From: Cylindrospermopsis raciborskii Cr2010
Lineage (GTDB): Bacteria > Cyanobacteriota > Cyanobacteriia > Cyanobacteriales > Nostocaceae
DNA length: 32,000 nucleotides
Assembly: GCF_003367075.2 (NCBI RefSeq)
Contig: NZ_CP065936.1
Location: forward strand, 1,050,001-1,082,000
Reading direction: 5' to 3'
Positions 9,774-19,005 of the stretch are shown in pieces (the stretch's first letter is position 1; each line of letters opens with the position of its first letter). The position numbers and the translations under genes are program-made. The notes below the pieces were generated by a model, which saw nothing but the letters and a program-made list of their open reading frames with translations, was not told the origin of the DNA and made no database searches.

Positions 9774-11918
9774 TTAGAACCTTTCCCCTATACCAAAGTT
9801 GATGCGGCTATCACCTCCATCACTTATACCATAGTCAATGCGAATAGGACCCAGTGGTGACTGAATACGCAATCCCAAGCCATAACCATAACCGCTCCCA
9901 TTCTTATTGAGGATTTCAGCTGCTCTGGTAGCACTGCCCAGATCAGTACCACAATCAAAAAATAGAGACCCACCAACCACCGAGAATATGGGGAAACGAT
10001 ATTCTGCTGACGCTTGGACATAAGTACGTCCCGCTGCTAACTTACCCTCATCGTAACCCCTCACGGAATTACTTCCCCCCAGGCTAAAGGCTTCATAAGG
10101 TGGTAAATCACCTAATATTGTACCCCCTTGCAGGTTAAAAGCAAGGGTTTCTGGATTTTTAGATCCCAGAAGTTTTATGGGTACGTATTGACTGTAGTTG
10201 GCCTTTACCCTAGACATTAGTATACTACCTTGCCCTATAGGTACAGATTGATCCAGTCCTACACGCAGGTAAGAACCCTTGGTTGGTTGCACTGCATTGT
10301 TCCGGCGATCGCTTTGGGCGCTGAGTTGTAATAAGAACAAATCATCTTCACCGGTGGGGGACTGGGTGAGAGGAATGGTTGGGCTGAGTCGATTGCCACT
10401 GTCATCAAAAATTGCCCCTTGGGGTCTAATATTACCATTGCCATCGCGACTAGAAATCCTTTGATATTGCAACCCTAGGGAGGCAAACCATTCTGGATTC
10501 TCGTATAAATTGGTAGAAAGGGGACGACCAAAAGAAACTCCGCCGCCCAAGCGGGCAATGCGGGGGGTTGCCTGACTATTTACATCAGTAGTATTATCAA
10601 GGTTAAAGGTTTTTATGTTGCTGTCTTTACCTTCAAACACCAAAGAAATGGAACGACGGCGGAAAACATTGGTTGTGTAGGAAGTACGATAGGGATCGCC
10701 GTCAATCCAAGGATCGCTAAATCGCAAGTCAAATAAGAGTTCTCGTTGTCCAATTTGCAGTTCCGATCCCAGCTTTTGGTTTCTACCTGATAGATTTTGT
10801 TCTTGGTAGCTAATGGTACCAAATAATCCACTGGCAGAACTAATACCTCCGCCTACGGCAATGGAACCACTATTGCGCTCAGTCACATTTACTACAACAA
10901 CAACTTTACTAGGGTCTGTTCCCGGGTTAAGGGAGACATTAATATCATCAAATAAACCGAGTCCAAAAACCCTTTGTAGGTCTTTTTGGACGATATTGCG
11001 GTTGAACACTTGACCGGGTTTTAATTGCATTTCCCGCTTGATAATATAGTCTTTTGTTCTTCCCCGAATGGGTCGACCTTTCTCGTCCACATCTTGGCCT
11101 TCCTTATTACGAAAAGCAACCTGGACATTTTCTACTATTCCCTCAGCTACTTGTAAGGTGATCACTCCTGTTTCAGAAACTTTGGGAGCTGCTATTAAGT
11201 TGGCCAGTACGTAACCTTTGTCTTGATACTCTTTGGTTAATTGCGCGATCCCAGCTCGCAAATCACGTAGGTTAATTACTTTACCATATTGCTGACTAAA
11301 GATTTTATCCACGGTATCAGCAGGTATAACAGAAGCCACTCCAGCGCCGGGATTGGCATCTAATTCTACTTTGCTAAGTACGGGATTAAGACTAACTACA
11401 AAAGTTATTCTAACACCTGATGGCGTATCTTCTGGAACTGCTTGTACATTAGTAAAAAACCCAATGGCAAAGATTCCGTTAATATCCTCTTGTAATTGTG
11501 ACCGGGTTGTAGGTTGTCCAGCTTTAGTACGAATAACCTGATAAACTTGGGTTTCTATTTCCGATGGGAGTTGTCCAACCGCTGACTTGACCACCACTTC
11601 TGAAATTAATACTCTAGGTTCTGCTGTTTCTGTTGGTTGTTCTGTATTATTAGGATTAGTTGGTTGACCATCAGGTTGATTATTATCTACTGCATTCCCA
11701 TTGCTATTAGGATCTACTGGTGCTGTTTGGCCAATGAAAGTCTCACCTTTAACACTATATAGATTGCTAGATAATAACTGGCTTGCTTTAGTATTGACTC
11801 CATCTAGTAACTGTTGAGATTGACTAGGCGTTTGTCCACTAGCACTCAAGGAACTTTCCAAGCTGGCAGCTATAGCTACCGTTACCAAAAGCACAGGAGA
11901 TAAATGTTTTTTACTCAT
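9774..11918 (-). CDS. Omp85/BamA-family outer-membrane protein (cyanobacterial Toc75 homologue).
   Basis: It has an N-terminal signal peptide (MSKKHLSPVLLVTVAIAAS), a Pro/Asn/Gln-rich linker, POTRA-like repeats and a C-terminal beta-barrel ending in ...INFGIGERF (terminal aromatic residue). Confidence 0.9.
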   Translation of the reverse strand: MSKKHLSPVLLVTVAIAASLESSLSASGQTPSQSQQLLDGVNTKASQLLSSNLYSVKGETFIGQTAPVDPNSNGNAVDNNQPDGQPTNPNNTEQPTETAEPRVLISEVVVKSAVGQLPSEIETQVYQVIRTKAGQPTTRSQLQEDINGIFAIGFFTNVQAVPEDTPSGVRITFVVSLNPVLSKVELDANPGAGVASVIPADTVDKIFSQQYGKVINLRDLRAGIAQLTKEYQDKGYVLANLIAAPKVSETGVITLQVAEGIVENVQVAFRNKEGQDVDEKGRPIRGRTKDYIIKREMQLKPGQVFNRNIVQKDLQRVFGLGLFDDINVSLNPGTDPSKVVVVVNVTERNSGSIAVGGGISSASGLFGTISYQEQNLSGRNQKLGSELQIGQRELLFDLRFSDPWIDGDPYRTSYTTNVFRRRSISLVFEGKDSNIKTFNLDNTTDVNSQATPRIARLGGGVSFGRPLSTNLYENPEWFASLGLQYQRISSRDGNGNIRPQGAIFDDSGNRLSPTIPLTQSPTGEDDLFLLQLSAQSDRRNNAVQPTKGSYLRVGLDQSVPIGQGSILMSRVKANYSQYVPIKLLGSKNPETLAFNLQGGTILGDLPPYEAFSLGGSNSVRGYDEGKLAAGRTYVQASAEYRFPIFSVVGGSLFFDCGTDLGSATRAAEILNKNGSGYGYGLGLRIQSPLGPIRIDYGISDGGDSRINFGIGERF

Positions 11919-11981
11919 CTTTTAACCACCACACACAATTTAATTTAGTCATTACTAGCTCTTGTTAAGTTCTGGGTTAAC

Positions 11982-12716
11982 CTAAGGTATAACTTTTAGC
12001 AGTCTGGTCAAAACTTCTTGGTAGGCATCTTCCACCTTACCCAAGTCTCGACGAAATCTGTCTTTATCTAGGACGCGATGAATAGGATCTACTTCTGACA
12101 TATCCCATAAACGACAGGTATCAGGACTAATTTCGTCCGCTAACAACAGTTTATGTTGCTGGTCTAAACCAAATTCGAGTTTGAAGTCCACTAAAGTGAT
12201 ACTACACTGTTGCCATAAATCCTGGAGAAAAGTGTTGATTTGTAATGCTAGATGGATAATTTGCCCTACTTGTTCCTCCGTGGCTAATTTCAGCAACGAA
12301 AGGCGCTCCCTGGTCAGCATGGGATCCCCTAGTTTGTCGTCCTTATAGTAAAATTCCACTAGAGGTCTTTCCAATACTGTGCCTAACTCTATTCCCGTCT
12401 GTTGACAAAGACTCCCAGCTGCAATATTTCTCACTACTACTTCCAAGGGCAAAATTTTCAAGGCTTTTACCCTCATTTTTCCAGCACCTGGACTGTCAAT
12501 AAAATGGTTTTCTATACCCTCCTGTGCCATGCGGAGAAACAATTTACTGGAAATGGTGCAGTTTATACTGCCTTTCCCCTGGATACTACCTCGTTTTTTC
12601 GCATTAAATGCGGTTGCATCGTCTTTAAATTCAGCCAATAAAACCTGTGGGTCTTCTGTGGTGTAGATGATTTTGGCTTTACCTTCGTATAGCTTGTTAT
12701 TAGTGTTAACAGACAT
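11982..12716 (-). CDS. purC: Phosphoribosylaminoimidazole-succinocarboxamide (SAICAR) synthase.
   Basis: The N-terminus LYEGKAKIIY is diagnostic and the protein is colinear with PurC over its full 244 aa. Confidence 0.93.
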   Translation of the reverse strand: MSVNTNNKLYEGKAKIIYTTEDPQVLLAEFKDDATAFNAKKRGSIQGKGSINCTISSKLFLRMAQEGIENHFIDSPGAGKMRVKALKILPLEVVVRNIAAGSLCQQTGIELGTVLERPLVEFYYKDDKLGDPMLTRERLSLLKLATEEQVGQIIHLALQINTFLQDLWQQCSITLVDFKLEFGLDQQHKLLLADEISPDTCRLWDMSEVDPIHRVLDKDRFRRDLGKVEDAYQEVLTRLLKVIP

Positions 12717-12920
12717 GGTGGTAGATTATTTTCCCAGAGCTATGTTTTTGAGCTTAACTATTTTATGATCTGATTTGGTTATACGCCAAATTAACTAAAC
12801 TAATTAGCCAATCTAACCAATAACTAAAAAAATTTGTCATAATCCTAGTTTAACGTTTAGCATTTTCTTACCAAAAAAATACGCATAAGAGCCTTTGTCC
12901 GTCATTTTGTTTGAGAAAGC

Positions 12921-13211
12921 ATGGGATTAATTAAGTATATGGAGAAAAAAATAGTGGACAAAAAAGATGACTTCCTCTATCCCCGTGGTCGCTACTATGG
13001 TCATGTACAACCTGAAAATCTGGTTTTTAATGCCAATCTCCAGGAGTTTGCTCAGAGAGTTAGTTATATTTGTAACTTAGAAACCGGTGGTAAACTTCCC
13101 CCTGAGGATGCTTATGAACAAATCAAGTCTCTATGGAAACAATTAAAACGCTCTAAGAAACAACTCAGAATAGGTAAAAGTTTCCCACCGGAAAGTGAAT
13201 CTGATGCTTAA
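12921..13211 (+). CDS. Small conserved cyanobacterial hypothetical protein (96 aa).
   Basis: An ATG-initiated ORF. The segment PENLVFNANLQEFAQRVSYICNLETGGKL resembles a small protein family I recall from other cyanobacteria. Its function is unknown. Confidence 0.55.
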   Translation: MGLIKYMEKKIVDKKDDFLYPRGRYYGHVQPENLVFNANLQEFAQRVSYICNLETGGKLPPEDAYEQIKSLWKQLKRSKKQLRIGKSFPPESESDA

Positions 13212-14320
13212 TTTAATGTTCTCTGATAGTACTCTTGTAGTTGTCTTACAGCAGCAGACCAACCCATTTGCTCTGCCTTCTTACGGGCATTACTACGCAT
13301 AGCGGCAATCTCCTGTTTTTCTCTTAACAACTTAATTGTGAGGTCAATAGCTTGTTGAATAGGGGCATTGGGGTCAAAAAGATAACCATCGACACCGTCA
13401 GTGACGATGTCGGGAATCCCCCCAGAACGAGCAGCGATTACTGGACAACCTGCAGCCATGGCTTCTAATAATACTAATCCCAGGGTTTCCGTACGGGAGG
13501 GAAAAACAAACACATCGGCACTAGCAAAGGCTGAGGCCAATTGTTGACCTTTGAGGTAACCCACAAAATGGGTATTAGTGTGGGCAAAGTGATTTTGTAA
13601 ATTTTGTCGATGGGGTCCATCCCCCACCAGGGCTAAACGTCCATGGGGAATGGCTTCTAAAATGGGTTTAATTTGTTCGATCTCTTTCTCTGCTGAAAGG
13701 CGACCTACATACAATAGCAGAGTACTGTTTGGATGACCTTGGGATAGGTAGGAGCGCATTTCCTGACTGGCTAAATCAGGATGGAAGAGTTCTGTATCTA
13801 CCCCCGGTTGCCACAAATCCAGCCTTTCTATTCCATGGGCCGCCAACTCCTCAATCATAGCTGTGGAGGTGCACAGATTTAAAGCTGCTTGATTGTGAGT
13901 AATCTTGAGTAACTCCCACAGTAGCCCTTCTAGTACGCTTAGTCCATAATGTTGTAAATACTGAGGCAGATGTGTATGATAGGAGGCTACCAAAGGGATT
14001 TTGTGCAATTTACTGTGCAAAATACCTGATAGCCCTAAAACTGCTGGATTTACCACATGAATTAGATCGGGAGCAAACTGTTGTAATACATGACCAATAG
14101 CAGGACGAGGCAGTGCTAATTTTAACTCTGGATAAAGGGGTAAGGGAAAACCACTAACTCCATACACTTTTGCTCCTTTATATTCTTTAATACCTCCTTC
14201 CGGACAAAACACCATAACCTGATGTCCATCTCGTTGCAGATGGTCAACTGTGTGAGATAGACGGGTGACAATGCCATCAACCTTGGGTAAAAAAGTTTCG
14301 GTGAATAGGGCAATTTTCAT
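13208..14320 (-). CDS. sqdX: Family 4 glycosyltransferase, sulfoquinovosyl-diacylglycerol synthase SqdX.
   Basis: It has a GT4 fold with the motif GLVLLEAMAAGCPVIA and lies immediately downstream of sqdB on the same strand. I prefer the ATG at 14320 (MKIALFTETF) to 14356. Confidence 0.8.
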   Translation of the reverse strand: MKIALFTETFLPKVDGIVTRLSHTVDHLQRDGHQVMVFCPEGGIKEYKGAKVYGVSGFPLPLYPELKLALPRPAIGHVLQQFAPDLIHVVNPAVLGLSGILHSKLHKIPLVASYHTHLPQYLQHYGLSVLEGLLWELLKITHNQAALNLCTSTAMIEELAAHGIERLDLWQPGVDTELFHPDLASQEMRSYLSQGHPNSTLLLYVGRLSAEKEIEQIKPILEAIPHGRLALVGDGPHRQNLQNHFAHTNTHFVGYLKGQQLASAFASADVFVFPSRTETLGLVLLEAMAAGCPVIAARSGGIPDIVTDGVDGYLFDPNAPIQQAIDLTIKLLREKQEIAAMRSNARKKAEQMGWSAAVRQLQEYYQRTLN

Positions 14321-14453
14321 AAAATAGGTGGGGGATACTGTCAGTATTCTCAACATTTATATCTTAATATCATGTATTATAGAATTTTCGGACTCTACCC
14401 CCAACCTTGTCCATCCTAGCTTTGTTTTTTTGTGCCTAGTGGCAAGGTGTCAG

Positions 14454-15620
<1,167 letters not shown>

Positions 15621-15627
15621 TTACTCG

Positions 15628-15647
15628 CTGATAGCTAAATCTATCAG
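15628..15647. promoter_or_regulatory. Perfect inverted repeat CTGATAG-n6-CTATCAG in the sqdB 5' leader or promoter-proximal region.
   Basis: Read directly from the sequence. It lies 20-39 nt upstream of the sqdB ATG at 15608. It could be an operator or an RNA hairpin. Confidence 0.3.
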
Positions 15648-15748
15648 ATTTTTGTATCCTGCGCTATGAATTCCCCACCCCATTAATTTCCCCAAAATGA
15701 ACATTGTTAAGAAATGTAACAAAATAGGCGTTAAACTGGTTTGATGGC

Positions 15749-15777
15749 TTGACAAGAAAAAAAATAAGAGATAAGGT
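15749..15777 (+). promoter_or_regulatory. Candidate sigma70-type promoter for the RHH-like/ycf46 gene set.
   Basis: TTGACA (15749-15754), a 17-nt spacer, then TAAGGT (15772-15777), about 37 nt upstream of the ATG at 15814. This is a pattern match only. Confidence 0.3.
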
Positions 15778-15813
15778 AGTTTACATACCCGGGTAGGACA
15801 GTTGAATAGTAAT

Positions 15814-16161
15814 ATGCACACAAAGCAGGAAACAAAACAAAAAGTAACGTTGCACTTATCGCCCGAATTACACAGAAAGCTCAAGATTCGCTCAGTTATG
15901 GACTCAGAAACGATGTCAGGGTTAGCAGAGCGAGCAATCAGTTTCTATCTAGCTCATTCAGAGGTGATAGCTGAACTGGAAGAGTCAATTTACGGAGGAA
16001 CCCACAGAGTTTATCCCTGTCCCAGTTGTCTAAGTTCACTAGTTTTAAAGGATGGGGAATTAATAGCCTTGGGTCGCCAACCGGGAATTATTGGACAAGA
16101 TGACCTGTGTATTGAAAGTCAAACCCATCCCAGGACTGAGGAAGAATTAGTACCTTGCTAG
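15814..16161 (+). CDS. Small protein with an N-terminal ribbon-helix-helix-like segment and a Cys-containing C-terminal half.
   Basis: KVTLHLSPELHRKLKIRSVMDSETMSGLAERAISFYL fits a beta-strand/helix/helix (CopG/Arc-like) pattern. It is followed by CPSC and two further Cys residues. I prefer the ATG at 15814 to the TTG at 15802. Confidence 0.45.
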   Translation: MHTKQETKQKVTLHLSPELHRKLKIRSVMDSETMSGLAERAISFYLAHSEVIAELEESIYGGTHRVYPCPSCLSSLVLKDGELIALGRQPGIIGQDDLCIESQTHPRTEEELVPC

Positions 16162-16265
16162 TTAAAAATTATGAATGGATGAGTGGAAACTTTTAACCCT
16201 TTCCGTTGTTGTTCTGATAACTATAACTGTAGTGTTTCTATAAGGTCTCAAGTAGGTCGATAGAT

Positions 16266-17777
16266 ATGAAAGAAGAGCTAAACATACTTATTCAAGCTCA
16301 ATACCCTTTAATCTACCTTGTGACCTCCGAGGAAGAACGGGCAGAGCAGGCAATTTATACGATGGCCCAGTCGTTAAAATCCCAACGTCGGGTTTACGTA
16401 TGGACTGTAACCCATGGTATTGTGGAATACGGACAGGCTAGGAGTACAAACCAGCACAACACCGTGTCACCAGAGGCGGCTATTGAGTGGGCAATTAGAC
16501 AGAAAGAACCTGGTATATTTATTTTTAAAGATTTACATCCTTTTATTGATGCTCCGGCAACAACTAGATCCCTGCGGGATGCGATCGCCAGTTTTAAAGG
16601 TATGCAAAAGAACATTATTTTAATGTCTCCGATGCAACAAGTACCGATAGAGTTGGAGAAAGAGGTTGTTGTTATTGACTTCCAACTGCCAGACATGACC
16701 GAGTTAAGTAAAGTTCTCACTGCCCACCAGGAGCAGAATAGGGGGCGGCGTTTAACAACCGAAGCTAGGGAGAAACTACTGAGAGCGGCCTTAGGACTGA
16801 CCAAGGACGAAGCCGAGAAAGTATATCGAAAGGCCCAGGTAACGAGTGGGAGGCTGACGGAAGATGAAGTTGATATAGTTTTATCAGAAAAGAAACAGCT
16901 AATTCGCCGTAATGGCATTTTAGAATACATTGAAGAAGATGAAACTATCGAAGCGGTAGGTGGGTTAGAGGAATTAAAGAAGTGGCTAAAACAGAGGTCC
17001 AACGCCTTTACAGAGAGGGCGAGGGAGTATGGATTACCACAACCGAAAGGGATGTTAATTTTAGGAGTTCCTGGCTGCGGGAAGTCACTGATAGCCAAAA
17101 CCACCTCCAGGTTATGGGGATTGCCAATTTTAAGATTGGACATGGGGAGGGTTTATGATGGCTCCATGGTGGGTCGAAGCGAGGCGAACTTGCGTAATGC
17201 TTTAAAAACAGCAGAATCTATTTCCCCAACTATTTTATTCATAGACGAACTGGATAAATCCTTTGCAGGTAGTACGGGGTCTAGCGATTCTGATGGAGGG
17301 ACATCAAGTAGAATTTTTGGTTCCTTCTTGACCTGGATGCAGGAGAAAAAATCTCCAGTATTTGTTATGGCAACAGCTAACCGAGTAGAAAGGTTGCCAG
17401 GAGAGTTTTTAAGAAAAGGTCGCTTTGATGAAATTTTCTTTGTGGACTTACCCACACCGGAAGAACGTCAGGATATCTTTAGGATTCACCTAACCAAAAG
17501 AAGAGAGGAAATTGCTAGATTTGACCTAGAGCAACTAGCCAAGATGTCCGATGGTTTTTCCGGTGCTGAAATAGAGCAGGCAATAATTGCAGCCATGTAT
17601 GAGGCCTTTGCTCAGGATCGGGAGTTCACCCAATTAGATATTATTGCTGCATTGAAGTCTACATTGCCGTTGTCAAGAACGATGCAAGAACAGGTCACAG
17701 CCTTAAGGGACTGGGCCAGACAGCGTGCTAGACCAGCAGCATCCTCCGTAGCTGAGTATCAGCGATTGGAGTTTTAA
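16266..17777 (+). CDS. ycf46: AAA+ ATPase Ycf46.
   Basis: Carries Walker A GVPGCGKS (~17064-17087), Walker B ILFIDELD, and a second region of homology with arginine (...RKGRFDE...). The roughly 500-aa length and the N-terminal LIYLVTSEEERA block are typical of cyanobacterial and plastid Ycf46. Confidence 0.8.
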   Translation: MKEELNILIQAQYPLIYLVTSEEERAEQAIYTMAQSLKSQRRVYVWTVTHGIVEYGQARSTNQHNTVSPEAAIEWAIRQKEPGIFIFKDLHPFIDAPATTRSLRDAIASFKGMQKNIILMSPMQQVPIELEKEVVVIDFQLPDMTELSKVLTAHQEQNRGRRLTTEAREKLLRAALGLTKDEAEKVYRKAQVTSGRLTEDEVDIVLSEKKQLIRRNGILEYIEEDETIEAVGGLEELKKWLKQRSNAFTERAREYGLPQPKGMLILGVPGCGKSLIAKTTSRLWGLPILRLDMGRVYDGSMVGRSEANLRNALKTAESISPTILFIDELDKSFAGSTGSSDSDGGTSSRIFGSFLTWMQEKKSPVFVMATANRVERLPGEFLRKGRFDEIFFVDLPTPEERQDIFRIHLTKRREEIARFDLEQLAKMSDGFSGAEIEQAIIAAMYEAFAQDREFTQLDIIAALKSTLPLSRTMQEQVTALRDWARQRARPAASSVAEYQRLEF

Positions 17778-17780
17778 AAG

Positions 17781-17807
17781 CTTTCCTCTGTAAACCAGAG
17801 GGGAAAG
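17781..17807 (+). other. Stem-loop immediately downstream of the ycf46 stop codon, with no U-tract.
   Basis: CTTTCCTCTG-taaac-CAGAGGGGAAAG. It may be an RNA processing or stability element rather than a full terminator. Confidence 0.3.
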
Positions 17808-17933
17808 GTTAGTCCACGGGCTAACGGGTTACGAGTTAAGCCGCTTCCCAATTAATCCCAGATTAATGCGGCTTTGGTGAAAAAGAAACCGTTGTCGTTT
17901 TTCTCATCAATCTTCTTATTGGAGGAAACCCAA

Positions 17934-18284
17934 ATGTCTCATTTTAGCACTCTGCGTACTAAGATTACTGATGCCGAAATTCTCAAAGCTTCCCTAAGCG
18001 ACCTAGGTATTACTGTAAAAACTGAGGCTGATGTACGTGGTTATAATGGTCAGCGTGTACGTTCGGACATTGTTGCGGTATTAGAAGGCGAGTACGATTT
18101 AGGTTGGTCTCGTAATAGCGATGGTTCTTTCGACCTCATTGCTGATTTATGGGGCGTTGCTAAGAAGCACAACCAGACTGAGCTGATTAACTCTATTAAC
18201 CAAAAATACGCGGTTAACAAAACCCTAGCCGAAGTAAAACAGCGTGGTTTGCAGAATGCTAATGTTAAGTTAGTGTTGCAATAA
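17934..18284 (+). CDS. ycf35: Ycf35 (DUF1257 family) protein.
   Basis: MSHFSTLRTKITDAEILKASLSDLGI... is the characteristic DUF1257/Ycf35 N-terminus. A GGAGGA Shine-Dalgarno-like sequence at 17921-17926 precedes the ATG at 17934. Confidence 0.75.
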   Translation: MSHFSTLRTKITDAEILKASLSDLGITVKTEADVRGYNGQRVRSDIVAVLEGEYDLGWSRNSDGSFDLIADLWGVAKKHNQTELINSINQKYAVNKTLAEVKQRGLQNANVKLVLQ

Positions 18285-18311
18285 TTAATTATCTGCGCGT
18301 TCCCAAAGCAT

Positions 18312-18350
18312 AAACGGGTTAACCACAAACTGGTTAGCCCGCTTTCTTAC
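18312..18350 (+). terminator. Rho-independent terminator-like hairpin after ycf35.
   Basis: AAACGGGTTAACCA-loop-TGGTTAGCCCGCTTT gives a stem of about 11 bp, followed by the T-rich CTTTCTT. Confidence 0.5.
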
Positions 18351-18377
18351 CACTTTTGTGAGTTAATTGAGTTAAAT

Positions 18378-19001
18378 ATGGCTGGTAGAAAAATTCTGCA
18401 AGAGAATCAATCCTACACCTTTAGGTCTTATTTTGAAATGTGCTATGAAGCTGATGAGATTCTAGCCGAATTAGGATATAACCTGTTAAGGAGACATATT
18501 AACTTACCTAAAAGTAATCGTTGTTTAGAAAGACTACAAGAGTTAAAACAAAGGATTGAGGAATATTTAACCTTAGCAAGTTTAAGTAGTGAAACAGCAC
18601 GGCGAGAAGTTTTAGTAGCTCCTACATTGTTAGAAGTGGCCCGTTATTGTCAGTGTCAGGTCAGAATTGAATACCCACTATTCGTGAATAACTGGTTAAA
18701 AGGCAATTTAGATTATTTTCTCAAGGGAAATCTTGGTTTACTCGTGGTTGAGGCTAAAAATGACGATTTGACCAGAGGTTTTACCCAGTTGGCGGTGGAA
18801 TTAATTGCCATTTCTCAGGTGGAACCAGGCGATGTTTTTTATGGTTGTGTAACCATTGGTGATGCTTGGCGTTTTGGTCGGTTAGAGAAAATGCAGCAAC
18901 AAATTTTCCAGGATATCTCGTTGTATCGTATTCCAGATGATTTAGAGAGTTTAATGGGGGTCTTGCTGGGAATTGTAGAGTCAAGACCCGTGCTGAACTA
19001 G
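18378..19001 (+). CDS. Hypothetical protein with a PD-(D/E)XK (HsdR-N-like) nuclease-fold signature.
   Basis: The pattern GNLDY(x14)LLVVEAKNDDLTRGFTQ matches the D...(D/E)xK...Q core of restriction-endonuclease-like folds. The EAK codons lie at 18750-18758. Confidence 0.45.
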   Translation: MAGRKILQENQSYTFRSYFEMCYEADEILAELGYNLLRRHINLPKSNRCLERLQELKQRIEEYLTLASLSSETARREVLVAPTLLEVARYCQCQVRIEYPLFVNNWLKGNLDYFLKGNLGLLVVEAKNDDLTRGFTQLAVELIAISQVEPGDVFYGCVTIGDAWRFGRLEKMQQQIFQDISLYRIPDDLESLMGVLLGIVESRPVLN

Positions 19002-19005
19002 GTAA

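Noticed and set aside
15621-15884. An 87-aa minus-strand ORF in the sqdB / RHH-like intergenic region.
   Set aside because: It overlaps the start of the plus-strand gene and the putative promoter. It is Phe/Leu/Cys-rich AT-driven sequence with no Shine-Dalgarno-like sequence or motif.
16394-17143. A 249-aa ORF antisense to ycf46.
   Set aside because: It lies entirely within a strongly supported AAA+ gene on the opposite strand. Its translation is Ser-rich and low-complexity with no motifs, which is typical of a shadow ORF.
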